Assembly (NCBI GenBank): GCA_965235115.1
Contig: OZ249436.1
Coordinates: 49,726,001-49,790,000 of the forward strand
DNA from: Laetmonice hystrix
Taxonomy: Eukaryota
Length of the DNA stretch: 64,000 nucleotides
Direction: 5' to 3'
Below are positions 25,761 to 39,123 of this stretch, piece by piece (position 1 is the stretch's first letter; every line of letters begins with the position of its first letter). Made by a program: the position numbers and the translations under genes. The notes under the pieces are model-generated. The model was not told the origin of the DNA. It ran no database searches and saw nothing but the letters and a program-made list of their open reading frames with translations.

Positions 25761-26348
25761 CAGGGTGAGTCAAAAAAACTAGACACTTTTTAAAAGGCCT
25801 ATTGTTTTATTGTGTACCAATATATACAATATATTTTTGCTTGTACTTATGGTAACCCTTCCTGCATCTTTTGGTACCAGTCATGCTTGATTGGTTTTCA
25901 TGCGTGACCGCACAGGAGACAATTAAGGGACAAGGGTGAAATCTGACCTGCGCCAACTGATCAGAGCTGGATATGAAATGGATAGCCAAGTAATTTTCAT
26001 GCCCCTGGTTTAATCAGTTAATTCAAATCACACACACTTGCTCATAGGCCTCATTAGGCCTTCTTGGCACTGCAGCAGTATGGTGCGTCCACAATTCACT
26101 CCTCAGCAAAGAGCCTTGGTTGATTTTTGTTCATACCCAGCTCTGGTCAGTTGGCGCAGGTCAGATTTCACCCTTGTCCCTTAATTGTCTCCTGTGCGGT
26201 CATGCATGAAAACCAATCAAGCATGACTGGTACCAAAAGATGCAGGAAGAATTGCTCCATAAGTACAAGCAAAAATATATTGTATATATTGGTACACAAT
26301 AAAACAGTGGGCCCTTTAAAAAGTGTCTAGTTTTTTTTACTCACTCAT
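25761..26348. mobile_element. Tc1/mariner-type MITE with ~220-bp inverted arms
   Basis: Starts TA|CAGGGTGAGTCAAAAAAACTAGACAC. 25761-25978 is the near-perfect reverse complement of 26130-26346. Confidence 0.9.
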
Positions 26349-26625
26349 GTGGTAAGAGCTTAGCATGCATGCACAAAAATCTGGCTGTGCACGACTAAAA
26401 TCACTCGTACGACTGCAATTTAAAAATTCTCAAAGATATTGAGAGATTAGGCCTAGGCCTAATAGCCCACTGAAGATTAGGCCCCTATCCATGACTGCAT
26501 GGTCGCACGACTTGTTGAAGATTGCTCACGACTTTGTAGTCCGAGAAAAATGTCCTATAGATCTATCCTATCATAAGTCCTAGTGTGACTGCAGGCCTTA
26601 TAGGGTTAGCCTATAGGCCTACCAG

Positions 26626-26888
26626 CAGGTGCGTGTCCCGGATTTTCAGCAGGGGGGGGGTCTCAGGAAATTTTTAAAACAGAAGCTCTGAGACGCGATT
26701 CCCCACCATATTTAGGGGCCATTTTAGGGCATTATCTATATTTTGTGGATTCATCGCTCAACGGGTTCAAAACGGTGGGAATGCTTAGAAAAAATTCTAT
26801 GCTCTGTGGGAACAGGGGGTCTCTGCAGGAGCAGGGGGCCCGCACCCCCTGGACCCCCCCCCCCCCCCCCCAACCGGACACGCGCCTG
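26626..26888. mobile_element. Short GC-ended hAT-like MITE
   Basis: CAGGTGCGTGTCC ... GGACACGCGCCTG, with internal G and C homopolymers. Confidence 0.65.
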
Positions 26889-29800
26889 GCCAGAGATGGT
26901 TCATCTTTGCGGCCAGAGGCCGACTAAAATGATTCTAATTCATACAAGGTAGCGCCACAGTAACAGCTGACTAACTGTTATGACAATAGACGGCGCTGCT
27001 ATATAACCACCGCTCGGCCGCTCGGCCGACTTTTCAGAACCCTGTAGAGTTGTTGAAATGAAACGACAGATGGCGCCCGGAAAGACTCGTAGACAGTAAG
27101 TTGTTGAGAGCAGAGAACCTGAGGCACGCCTACAGAACGCCTCAACAGGAAGTAGTGATACATGCCCTGTGTGAATTCAATATTTTTCGTCGACTCTAGG
27201 GTCCTATGGCCCATAGACCTTCTCAACGCGTTATATCAGGAGCAAATAATTACGTGTAGATTATTTTTTCACTTCTTTTCATTTTTAATGAGACATTTTC
27301 ATGTGGGCCTAGGGTACGTTGAATAGATCTAGGGGCGGATGTCCTAATTAAAGGGTTGTTGCCGCGGGGGGGGGGGGGGGCTGGGCAAGTGCGGAATGCC
27401 TAATTTCCTGGGAAATATTAAGGGGGTTCTCAATTTTGGCGGAGGGGGGGGGGGGGGTCCCCGAATGCCCCTGTCCCCCGGCTGGATCGGCCGCTGGCAG
27501 TCGCATGTGCACGTGGCTGAATGACCCCGCCCCCTCTGTAGGCCTATAGAGTCAGACAGTCTCAGGAATAGGACAGATCAAAACCTGCTGGGTGCTGGCC
27601 TATAACCCTCCGCTAACTATAGGCCTATTTTGCTGATAATGCATGGTCGGAGGGAATGAAAAGACCCTTTAAAAGTTAGGGCCTAATAACTGATACCACT
27701 AGGCCTAACAGGTCTATATATAGGCCTATAGTCACCTGGTGGGCCATATAGGCCCTATAGGCCCTAGTAGGCATACATTAATTAAGCCTAATTTTCTTAT
27801 GGAATTAACCATCTAGGCCTAATACATCATAATAATTCATTAATAGGCCTACTATTAGGCCTATAATAGGTTAGCTCTGCGATCCGGAATCGGAGGGGGA
27901 ATTAGATAACCCACGCCAGAGAATCTTGTTTGGTGAAGAGGTCAGTGGGCCCTGCATGTCCATGGTCTATAGATAGCTATGGGTATAGACTCTAGGCCTA
28001 CGATCAGCTCTTTTAAAAAATTAAGGAATCACGGTTTGCTGAGATGAAAGACAGAGAGGAGGGTGACTATAAGATCCTCTAACACCGGGCTCTTAGCAAC
28101 CACAGGTCTGCCCACAGGTCGGCACCTGATCTTCTAACGCATAGACTCCAACCTATAGCCTACTTCGACCCTGTCAGCATATAGCCCCCTAATTGGATGT
28201 TTTTCTGTCTCAACCCGGGGCTTTACCCCAACCCGGGACTTTCAGCATCACCCAAAAGGCCACTATAGAGGCCATAATGAAACTACGGAATGAATGCTGC
28301 TGATCGACGCTATTCGCAACAACACTCCGCTGGTGTAGTCCTCCGCGTTGCACGTGGCCGTGGACCTAGATATACGGCCTTGACCTGGTGCCCATTCACA
28401 GCTTGCCTCAGTGCCCAGTTAACGATAATACTCGGCTTCGTCTTACTTCTCGAGCTTTTCTATAGCTTTCTATAGGCGCCTACACAGTCGGACCATTAGA
28501 CCAGGCCCATCTATCGCAGGGCTTACATGGCTATAGCGACTTAAATAAGACCTATTTTATATCGCCTTGGCATGCACAGGCCCTAATTTTTTGTATGCCT
28601 ATAACCGAAGCGAATACACAACTGAAGAGCCAGTGCGCAGGCGTCAGGGATTTCAGTTTTCGCCCATGTTTCGAGCATGGGCATGTAGTAGTACTTGGCG
28701 ACCCTTGCATCGACATCGATTTCTCCTGTATGGGAGGCCAAGGTGCCTACACGTGTGGCCTATAGCATAGGTAGATACTCTCACAGTTTACACCCAGGCC
28801 TATCCGATCAGTTCCAACACGGTCTGAAGATCTCGAGGCGAGGGACGACTGCCCTCTTTTATTCTAATTTCAAGATAATAGGCCTACAATCAGACAGTTG
28901 AACGCAAAGATTGTGTCATACATAACTAGTAAAGGTGGCTGAGCTTGTTGGGGCCCCTTATTTTATGATACGCCGTTCGATCATTGCTCCATCGTTCGCA
29001 GTGCTCGGCCTGGTCTCGCGGCAACCGTTCAACCGAACTTTAACTGCAGAAATTGCGGCATCGACGATCGCTGAACACACGTGTACCGACCGCCGTCAGC
29101 ACCAACGCGTTGTGAACGCGGGCCCGGAATATCGGTCGAGGTCTGCAAAATGGCGTCCTATTGACCGTTCTAAAGTAGTAAAGGCCTATATAGGCCTCGG
29201 TATCCCCCAGGGCCTATATGGCACCTAGGCTAGGTATATGATATCAATTAGGTAGGCCTATAGATCTAGACTGTAAAGGAGGTTGACTTTTGAAGGTTCT
29301 CGCTAGCTGTGTCTCCTGTTTGTCCGCATCACCCCCGGTAGCTATAGGCCTGTGGTTGTGCATATAAATTTATGTATGTGAAACTTCGTCTTTATACGTT
29401 CCACCGGCTGATGCCGTCATATTGGAGACTCGACGTCAGACCGCTTCCGTATAGATCTATCTGCAGATGGATTTGGAAAGTGATTGATTCAGAGGCCTGC
29501 GCGGCAAACAACCCCGTCTCTGATGTTCATGAAACTTTAGCCTGTAGGATTATAATCGACGTGTCGTTTTTCGAAGGGTACGTCGATTACGATTAGCAAT
29601 ATGCGGTTATACCAGCCTATAGAAAATACAGACTCTCGGGAGGAAAAGGGCTACGGATGTCTCATGATCGGTCTGGCTAAAGGAGCTTCTGTAGCAATGA
29701 AGCAGGCTTGGACGATGCACTTCTGATCTGCCTAGGCATAGCAGGTAGGCTGTTATAGCCGGCATGATGAGACTGACGACAGACGAGTCTAGACTACATA

Positions 29801-30590
29801 TGGCTATGGCCTAGATTCTATAGCCCCAAAATGATCAAGGCTAGCCTCCAGTAGAACTAGTTTCGGAGCAGCCACTGTTCTGGGTCTGGGTCTGCAAAAG
29901 AGGTTTCTAGTCTAATAATAAACTTATCAAGAATCGTTTTCTTATACGAGTCCTATAGGGCCTATATTCTTGAAAACTGAAGGAATATAATAGTGTATGC
30001 CTACACGGAGGCTAATTGGTAGCCAAGGAGGACAAATAAAATGGCAGCCATGCCGTGGTAGGCTTTAGCGGCCCCTCGTGCACATGCAACGTCACAACGT
30101 TCGAACGCTGCGATGTGGAGAGAAAGGGTGAGAGAAGACTTTGCGAGAACGAGGCTGGTTGGAGACAGGTTACCGGGGAGAAGACGCCTAAACTCAGACG
30201 ACACTGACGGTGTTGTAGCGTTCCTGACAACCGAGCAAGGTGAGGTAACGTAAGTCAGTCCAAAGTGACATGCTGTCTGTGTCCATGTTGCCCTGTAAAT
30301 GTGGTTTCATGGGACCATACACCGGGCCTGGACAGGGCTTCACATGGCCTTTGGCAAAGGCCAGATCAAGCGTGTCGCCATTATCGCCCATGTGCACCGT
30401 TTTGGCGCCAAAAAAAGGTGTTTTCGCTATCGTCACAATTAAGATATTGGCAATAATGGCGTGTTGTAGATACATATTTAATTTAGTTCTTATATTTATA
30501 CATTGTATATTCTGTGGTCTAATTTCTAAACGTAGGCCTAACCGTAGACATGTGGATTTGCCCTATATATTATAGGCCTATTATACACTG

Positions 30591-31506
30591 CAGGCCCCCC
30601 AGATGCCCACTAAATCCTCCACATGTCCTCTATTTTAAGAATCAGTCTTCTATTGTCTTCCCTTTGAAGGATTTGTCCTCTATGTCTCTCTTATTCAATG
30701 GTAATAGGCCTACAGGGATCGTTTTAGGCCGTGCCATTGCGCCAATGAATGGCACCTTTAGGACTAATGTGAAATGGCACAATTTTCAGCATGTGCCCAG
30801 ACGGCACATGTTTGATAGGCCTCATGTGGGCCAGTTGTATCGTTGCCTTGCCATTTTGTCCTCTTTATTCCCATGGCAGTAGTTGTTTGCTTCTTGAAGG
30901 TGGTCAAAGTTGGTCGATTTTAGGCCCCTATATCCTATTTTTCATTTTGGGAAAACGTGGAAAAGGGTGTACCTGGCCTCAAGGGTACATAATTTCCTCC
31001 AAGGGCGCCACTTTTATCAATTTTTGTATCTTAAACTACTAACCCTTGAGACATTCCCCGGGAGGGGTAAATAATGCCTTGAAGCCCCTTTTTTCGAGTG
31101 CACTGACTATCATCCGTTGTTTTTCTCATCCTGGGTGGGTCAAAAAGTAAACCGTCAATCACGTAAACAGAACAATACATGATGCGTAACATAGCTCCTC
31201 CAAGATCCAAACATGCAGACCAAGTCAATAGTGATTAGTAAACGAAAAGTATCCAAAACATTTCAGTAAAACAGTCTTAACAGTTATTACTTATAAAGGC
31301 ATGGAAAATAGTGTCATTCATTTCTATTTTGAAGTTAAAAGTTTAAAAAAGACTACATGTACATTGTAAACAGTTGTGCGTTTTTTACATGTGATATATG
31401 GGGTTTTAAAGTTTCCTCTGTGAATGTGTCCTCTAATTTTTATTACTGTCCTCTAAACATTTACTAAGTGTCCTCAAAATTGTATAATGGGGGCTGGGAG
31501 GCCTGC
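30591..31506. mobile_element. Degenerate hAT-like element
   Basis: CAGGCCCCCCAG ... CTGGGAGGCCTG, with repeated TGTCCTCT near both ends. Confidence 0.45.
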
Positions 31507-32008
31507 TCCATTGGCCTGACTTAGCGTAAGGCCTTCTATGAAGTGGGACCCATTGCATGTCTTCTTGTAAAAGACCACCGTGAGCAATACTGTATTGACA
31601 CTCTCAATCTATAACAGGGTTCATAGAATACTGGAAAGTCCTGGAAAATCACAAATACTTTTCCAATGCTGGAAAGTCCGACTCCTGGAAAAGTCCTTGA
31701 AAATAAAATGCTTTGGTTTATAAAAAGATTTAGTCCTGGAAAAATGCGGTTTTATCCTGAAAAACTCCTGGAATTCTGGCCTCCTATAACATTAAATTAT
31801 CCATAGAACTGTAGTGTGTCTACTAAAGTTCTATGAATTATCCAACGTCACCAATGGTACAAATATTCGTCATGATAATTACTGTTATATCAAACTGGAT
31901 TTCGCCATTCAAATAAAGTATGGAACTGATAATTATTTTCTTCGCATCTGTTGAATTCAATCAAAGTAATGTGTTATCTTTTATAAGAGGGGTGAACCAA
32001 CATCAGAA

Positions 32009-32267
32009 CTGGGCCCGGTTTTTTTGTTTACTTTTCCACCGTGAGCAAGGGTGAGCTGAGCTGAGCAAGGGTGAGCATGAACTCATTCTTACCGTTTCCT
32101 TGTTTTTTGGGGTTGCTTTTTTCCATGAGATGTGCTCATGGTGAGCAAGCTCGCGGAAAAACACCCCAAAAAACGAAAACGGTGAGCAGAACGGTGAGAA
32201 TGAGCTTCTGCTCAGCTCAGCTCACCCTTGCTCACGGTGGAAAATTAAACCAAAAAACCGGGCCCAG
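32009..32267. mobile_element. Palindromic MITE, PIF/Harbinger-like
   Basis: About 58-bp TIR CTGGGCCCGGTTTTTT..TTTTCCACCGTGAGCAAGGGTGAGCTGAGCTGAGCA and its reverse complement. CWG flanks; internal GGTGAGC repeats. Confidence 0.85.
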
Positions 32268-35200
32268 GTGTGCAGGCGTATAGGCCTATACTCTGCAGAT
32301 TCACAGAAAGGGCTGGTCCCATGCAAGCTAAGAACAGAAGTTTGCTGTAATAAGTAGGCTCACACAGTTTGAGAATGAATGGACCTTTATTATCCAGGAG
32401 GAAGAACGTACACCCGTACATCTGCATATAGGCATACCGGTCTGGAATGCCCGTGAAATGAAAATTAACCAATCCGCAGTAGATCAGAATGTTGCCTAAG
32501 CAAAAGTTACCGGGTGTTTGGAGGGGACGATGTGACCATCTGTGTTTGTGGAGGCTGTTATGGCATTTGACTCTGGAAAATTGATAGTGTAAGTGAAACA
32601 GCGCCAAATTCCGGCGCCCTTTCATCAAAGGCCGAGATGTGGGTTATATAGACATGCCTCTTTTAGACATAAATCTTACCCTCCCAGGATGACAGATGTG
32701 GCGCTGAAAACGCGAGTTCTGTCTTTATATTTACATTCAGAGGTGTATCCAGAAATCTAGAAACGTGCAGCGCTAAAAGTCTACTCTCTAAGGTCATTCC
32801 TTGAATCTGTAGATCTATTTTCTTTCCTGAAGTTTTAAAGTTACAGTTAACGAACAGCAAATTGAGGGTGGAGGATGTTACACCGGCACGGTGTATGCTG
32901 GATGCGTAACTGATTTGAAAGTGATTGAAGTTACGCGTCTAAATTAATAGTGGTTTCCTCTTCTTCAGCGACCCCCACTCGCAATGACGGAAGCGGGGAT
33001 CGTGATGCTTCACAGTTCAATGTAAAGGTATGTCATCCCATGTAATAGATAGCTTAACATATGTAAGAGATTGAAACATTAAGGGTTATAACGGGACCTG
33101 GGATCTTGAGATTTTCATGGGGAGCCCATAACGTTCATAGCATCCGTTAATGAGCCTTTTTCAATGACTGCTGAGTGTAATACGTTTTTGAAGAAAATAT
33201 TGGGATGGAGCGGCAGGGCCCATGCATGTTCCCCGGTACCCTTATGGCAGAAAGACCTTTTTCTTGTCCGTTAATGGAGTGGACAGTGGTGCTGTCTTTA
33301 CACTCTGCCCGACGTCTCTCGGCGGCTGCATGGCGGGACTGAGTGCTCCAGGTTTGTGGCTGGCTGGCTGACAGTGCATGGAGATGGAGGTCCTCGCAGT
33401 TAAAGCCTCCTAGCTCTGTGCCGAGTAGAACAATGACTCCTTGTAACACGTGCCTTTCGTCTTCGAAAACTGCCGATCACAATTAAGCCCTAAATGCAGC
33501 TATAGACGCGGGATAGGCCAAGGCGTATACAAATTTGGGCCTGCCAACTTTGATACGCAATTAAATTTACTTATACGACATAGTAGCTTGAATGTTAAAG
33601 AACCAGAGGCAGAGGAGTTAAGATAGGTCTTCATAATTTCTGTTAACGTTGATTCACGTCCAATATTAAAAAGATAGACATAGGCCTATAGATAGGCCTA
33701 TGTCTCCAGCAGAGCAGGATTTGCATCCCGGTAGGGCTATACTGAGTAGACTGCAGAGGCCTCGATCCATTAACCAGCCGCGGTTATTTGAGGTCTATAC
33801 CTGTCTACTTGTGGACCTTGGCATCGACGGTAGGCCTGAAGGATACTGTCTATCAACCCTGGATTACAACAAATTAGGCCTGTCTCAAACGTGTGCTATA
33901 AGTTTTACATTAATAGGCCTAGGCCTATCGCAATACGCAACGAGAGGTTTCGGCATGCGCGTGGCCGCAAAGCTGCGGAAAGCCTAATCTTTACCTATAG
34001 CCTAACCCTTCCCACAGAATTCGCTCCATTGTAGAGCTACATTCAGTATAAATAATAGGGCCTATTCGATTCCGTCCTAATAATTATTTCAAGAAATTAG
34101 TGGTCAATGCTGAAATTATAGGCAACTTTGGTACGACAAACCATGGACCTGTCAGGCTATCGGACGGTATGACAGGCCTGCTGTTATCATGAACCCAGGA
34201 TTTTTTTTAAATAGAAGTTTTTAAACAAAATATAATTATCGATTATTTTTCAATCGTTTCTTTGAATCACATTGGGACTGTATGACTGTTACCATTAAGC
34301 GGGAAAACTGCCAAACGGAACGAGGGAATTTTAAAGTGTGTCGTCGGCCATATTGCCTTGTTCTCAATGGGACGAGTCCAATGTACTGAGGGGGGTTGGG
34401 TGCAACGTCCTGTTTTCAAAATTCCACGCTACGCGGCGCTCCTGTCGGTAAATCTGTCATCGACTCGTCAACAAAGCAAACATGCACATCTTAGTATCCT
34501 TGCTAAAATAGATGGTCTGTGACACTTTTTTTTACATTTCATTTTCGAAATCTGAATTTAGGGCCAATTTAAGTCTAGTTATACCGGTACATCGTTTGTG
34601 TATAGGACAAAATATATACGGCCGATAAGGCCAAAGGAGCGGATTTTGGGTCTACATGAAATCGATCGTTAATGTATTCGCACTCAGTGCAGCTTAGAGC
34701 TCACTGCCTAGAGCTACGCCTAGGCCTACATGTTATAATTCCGGATGAGCATAAGAGCCAGTCTATAGTATTTGATTTCTATATATCTGCACCAACCGTG
34801 TCGATCCTTGCTATTTGAATCCGCCCAATTTGATGCAGGGCCCAGCTAGATACATTATTGTCACGGTGGCGGTCTGCTCGTTCCAGTTTGTAGACACAAT
34901 CACATTTTAGTGCTATTGGTTAAAGGCCCTAGTAAAACTGGTTTCTATAACCGGAACCCATGAAGACCCAATGACGCTATCACCCTGCAAACCGTAAGCG
35001 ACCCACAGCGCACTCTGAGATCGACCCCCTGGCGAGCGGCGTGTTCAGCCTCCCCTCCACCACCGACCGACCGACCAGACTCTGCCGACCGACCGACCAG
35101 AGACGCCAATGGAGAACACTGCACCGTGATGACGCCCTTCACTCCCCCTGAACAAGGGATAGTCTACCCCCCCGCGATCGGGTCGCTCTCATTGAGGTTG

Positions 35201-37199
35201 AGGCAGGCACAGCCACTGGGCACCGGCACGCAGGTGTAGCTTTAGTATATATAGGCCTACATAATGCAGACATTACACTGCAGGCAGGCACGTGACCATG
35301 TCCCATCTGGTCGATGGTATGTGAAAACACCGTCAAAACGGCCCCCTCAACGATCATGCAGGAGAATTTGGGAATGGAAAAATGATGAAAAAAGGTCCAC
35401 TCCGTTCAACTCGATCAAGGTCGGTTGGTCCTTTCGACCGGCCCCCCGATGTTTAGCTGGTAACAGTGGCAATATGACAGGTACATAATTTTAGTTATAT
35501 AGGGCCTATGAGTATGTTCTGATTCAGTAGCGAAAATATAGACTAATAGTGATATGGTACGACAGGTTTGTATTATGTTGAAGAATCGTTCAGGTGCGCC
35601 TTCTTGTCTGTATGTGCTGCCCTGGTTTACAAGACGAATGACCTAGATAAATAGCCACGCCCCCCCCCGACGAACCAATGAAAACGTCAATAGTGCAAGT
35701 CAACATGGACGTTGTTCCAGTCTCGTATCGTCTGCAGCGCATACAACTATAAGGGGGGGGGGGGGGGTGTAGCAAAAATTAGAATAAACTCTAAAATCAT
35801 TTACGTCAAAATTTTTGACATCGGAAGTGCGCCTAATCTGTTAGCGGGAGCGACATGGCGAATGGTGGAAGGATCCGTCAATAACATGAAATGCATGGGA
35901 AGAGGGCCATACCATTTGGCTGATACTGCACAGGAAAGGACAAAGGACATAACAAGGAAACTCGTGCAGGTAAATATTTTCATTGTTTGATCTCATTTCG
36001 ATAAGGAACACTCGGCCACATTTCTGTGCAAATTAACTGACTGCGCAGAACAAAAGTTTTTTTTTATATGCAGAATAAACTTTTTTTATATTTCAAAAAA
36101 GGTAAAAGAATAGCCCTATAGTTTGTTGATAAGAACTGTCATTTATTTTATTCATTTCCTTGCAGGTTCATGGTGATGAGAAAAACAGTTTGAGGAGTAT
36201 TCGGAATCAGTGAATAGCGTGGCGGAGCTGAGGTTACCCGACCATGAAGAGCAAGAACTGGGTCGCCCATTAAGCGAGAAAAAATGCGGTGAAACGGGCT
36301 ACTGGATTTATATAGGGGCCTACCCTTGTTTGAAGAAATATAAGAAATCTTTGGGAAGGTCCCCGGGGCGCGGATGTGGCCAAAGAACAGACAAAATTTA
36401 ATGCAGCACGTTTCTGACATGTATGAGCTGACAAGGGACTTCCCTACCCGCACGTGTAGGTAGGCCTGCCCTTATAGGTGTTTGTTTCTCATCGTCATCG
36501 ATATCTTCACCGTTACCCGGGCGGGATCCGGCAAACTAAAACCATTTGATCATATCGGCGCACTGAATCAGTTGCGAAGAGCTCCAGCTGCCAACAGGAT
36601 GCAAAATCAGCCGATTCATATTATCTAGGTCATTCTGCACTGCCTTTGTTTAGTGTCTCACCCGATCTTTATTTTCTCCAAAGGTCTGTTATATTCCCAT
36701 GGTATAGGGTCAGGTGAAACAACCAAAGAATTGTTTTTTTTACTAATTCCTGAAGGCATTCGTAGAGCGAACGACAAATATGAACATTATAATGGCATTA
36801 AATATTAGGCCTACATTATTTCAATAATAATAATATCAACAGGTAACCCCTTATATAAGAATGCCCAAACACGCATGTATAAGGTCATGAAAGGAAGGGC
36901 AATCATAGTGCATGCATTATACATGCATTAAACTAAATTAAAAATATTGCAACTTCTTGCGGTTGTGTTTTCTTTTGTGTTATAGCCTAAATTCCAGGGT
37001 ATTGAGGTGGTACATAATACCCTGTGTTTTGTGATTGTCTTTAACATATATTTCCCATGCATACTCTTATTCACTGCCGTGTGCATGTATAGTACCGGTC
37101 TCCATGACGAGACCGCTCAGTGCGGTTTATACGGCGGATGGGGTCTGCACAAATAAAGCGAAGTTCGCCAACAGGCTTCCTTTCAGGTGGCGCCCCCTA

Positions 37200-38462
37200 C
37201 ACTCTTAGAATAAATGGTTCTGATTGGAACCTTTCTGGGTTCTATGCCTTGGCACGTATTCGGAACCCAGTTGGGTTCTTCACAGAACCTTACATCTAGG
37301 TTCCCTGTGGAACCCCAAATCGGACAGATATAAGGTTCCATGCAGAACCTATGTAGGTTCTTCAGGAAACTTCAAAAGGTTATTCGCAGAACCATTATCT
37401 TCACTTTCCTTAGTTCTTCCGGGAACTTCAAACAAAAGGTTGTTCAAAGAACCAATCCCCAGGGGTTCTATAAAGAACTTTTTTGTCCAAAATAGACATA
37501 AAATAAGCCAATACTGGATCTAACCTAGTTTGGAACCAGTTGGTGCGAACCTTATGGCCAGGTGAATTCACAGGTTCAGTTGTATAAAAGTTCAAACGTC
37601 TGCAGCCTAAGCAACTCCGTCTGAAAATATCGACTGTCTCAACCAAGGAGTTAACATAACGTCTTCTGGCCTGCAAAGATGGTGTTTCCTAGACAAATGT
37701 TAACGAACCACACTTCATGGGGGCCTAATTAGGCAACTATTTGACCTTCCACTCATCACCATATGACAAAGACTGTATTAATATTATTATTTATCTATGC
37801 CATGGTCGTATTAGCCGGCGTTCATATGTAGGCCCCTTTTATGACACGTCGGGGTTGAGGGTCAACTCGTGCTTGGTTTCTTGTATGGAACCCTTTTTTC
37901 TAGAAGAGTTCTACATAGAACCCTCAACATTTCAAAGAACCCTTAAAACCTTTCCTCCGGGTTCCACAAGGAACTCTAAAATTTTTTAGAACTTAAAAAA
38001 AAAAACAGGTGCCACAAGTAACTCAGAAGTTCTACTGGGAACCTCAAACAACCTATCTCTATACGTAGTCAGAGTTATTTTAAATAATGCTTATCAGACT
38101 ATAATAAATAGTTTCTCTGCAGTCGTCAAAGGTGTCAAGATCCTTAGGGGCTATTGAATAATGTTGACTGAACAACCTTCGTCTGAGTCAATAAAGTTTA
38201 GGGGCCTAAAGAACTAAAGAAAGGTTCATTGTGGAACTTTACATTCATAACAGGAACCCTTTTACTCTGTATAGACATTTTGGTTCCACGTGGAACCTAA
38301 CTTTCCTACAAGGAACCCTTCTCCCCCGTATAGAACCTTTTGGTTCCACATGGAACCCAACTTTCCTACAAAGAACCCTTTACCTCGTATAGAACCCTTT
38401 GGTTGCATGTGGAACTTCGAAGTTCTACAAAGAACCTCTAAGAACCCTTATTTCTAAGAGTG
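37200..38462. mobile_element. EnSpm/CACTA-like non-autonomous element
   Basis: TA|CACTCTTAGAATAAATGGTTC ... GAACCCTTATTTCTAAGAGTG|TA, with dense GAACC/GGTTC subterminal repeats. Confidence 0.85.
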
Positions 38463-38869
38463 TATATAAGCTTTGCAACTGCAACGGTTGTCCCGACAGG
38501 CCTTGCTCAGTTGATTCCCGACGGTGTTTGTAAATGGTGCAAAACAAGAATCGGGATGTATCTATACGTGAAACTTTGATGTTAAAAGGGCACTGCCACA
38601 AGTTAACACAGGTGAATTCTTGAGCCGCGCATAAACACAATTTACACTCCACCGAACCGAGAAAACATTCAGAGGTTTCCAAAGGCATCCTGGTTAGATC
38701 TATCTGATATGTGTCCCGGTTTTTGAAAGGCAGTAAGTTACACTCGAATGAGTTCATCCAAAGAAATGGGATTTTTAAAAATGAATACGTCATACAAAAG
38801 ATATAATGGCTGGATTTGATCGCCGTGCAATATTAAAGTATTAAAGGGCCGCGACAGTCGGGCTTGTAT

Positions 38870-39123
38870 AGGGGGCGGATCCAGGATTTTGGAAAGGGGG
38901 GGGGGGGCGGTTTACCGTGTAGCAGTCGTCCGAGGGCGAAGCCCGAGCCCTGCTAGGGGGTCCGGGGGCATGCCCCGGACAATTTTGAACATCTAGAGTG
39001 TCTGAAATGGCAGTCTGAGAAAGCAACATGTTTGCTTTTACAGTTTCGAACAACAAAGTTTTGCCTTATTTCTGATTGGTAGCCTGACGAAAGGGGGCCG
39101 CGGCCCCCCTAAATCCGCCCCTG
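38870..39123. mobile_element. hAT-like MITE of the (C)AGGGGCGGATCC family
   Basis: GGGGCGGATCC ... AATCCGCCCCTG with TTGTATA on both flanks. Related ends occur at ~23613-23625, 27331-27496, 40372-40532 and 55163-55319. Confidence 0.75.
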
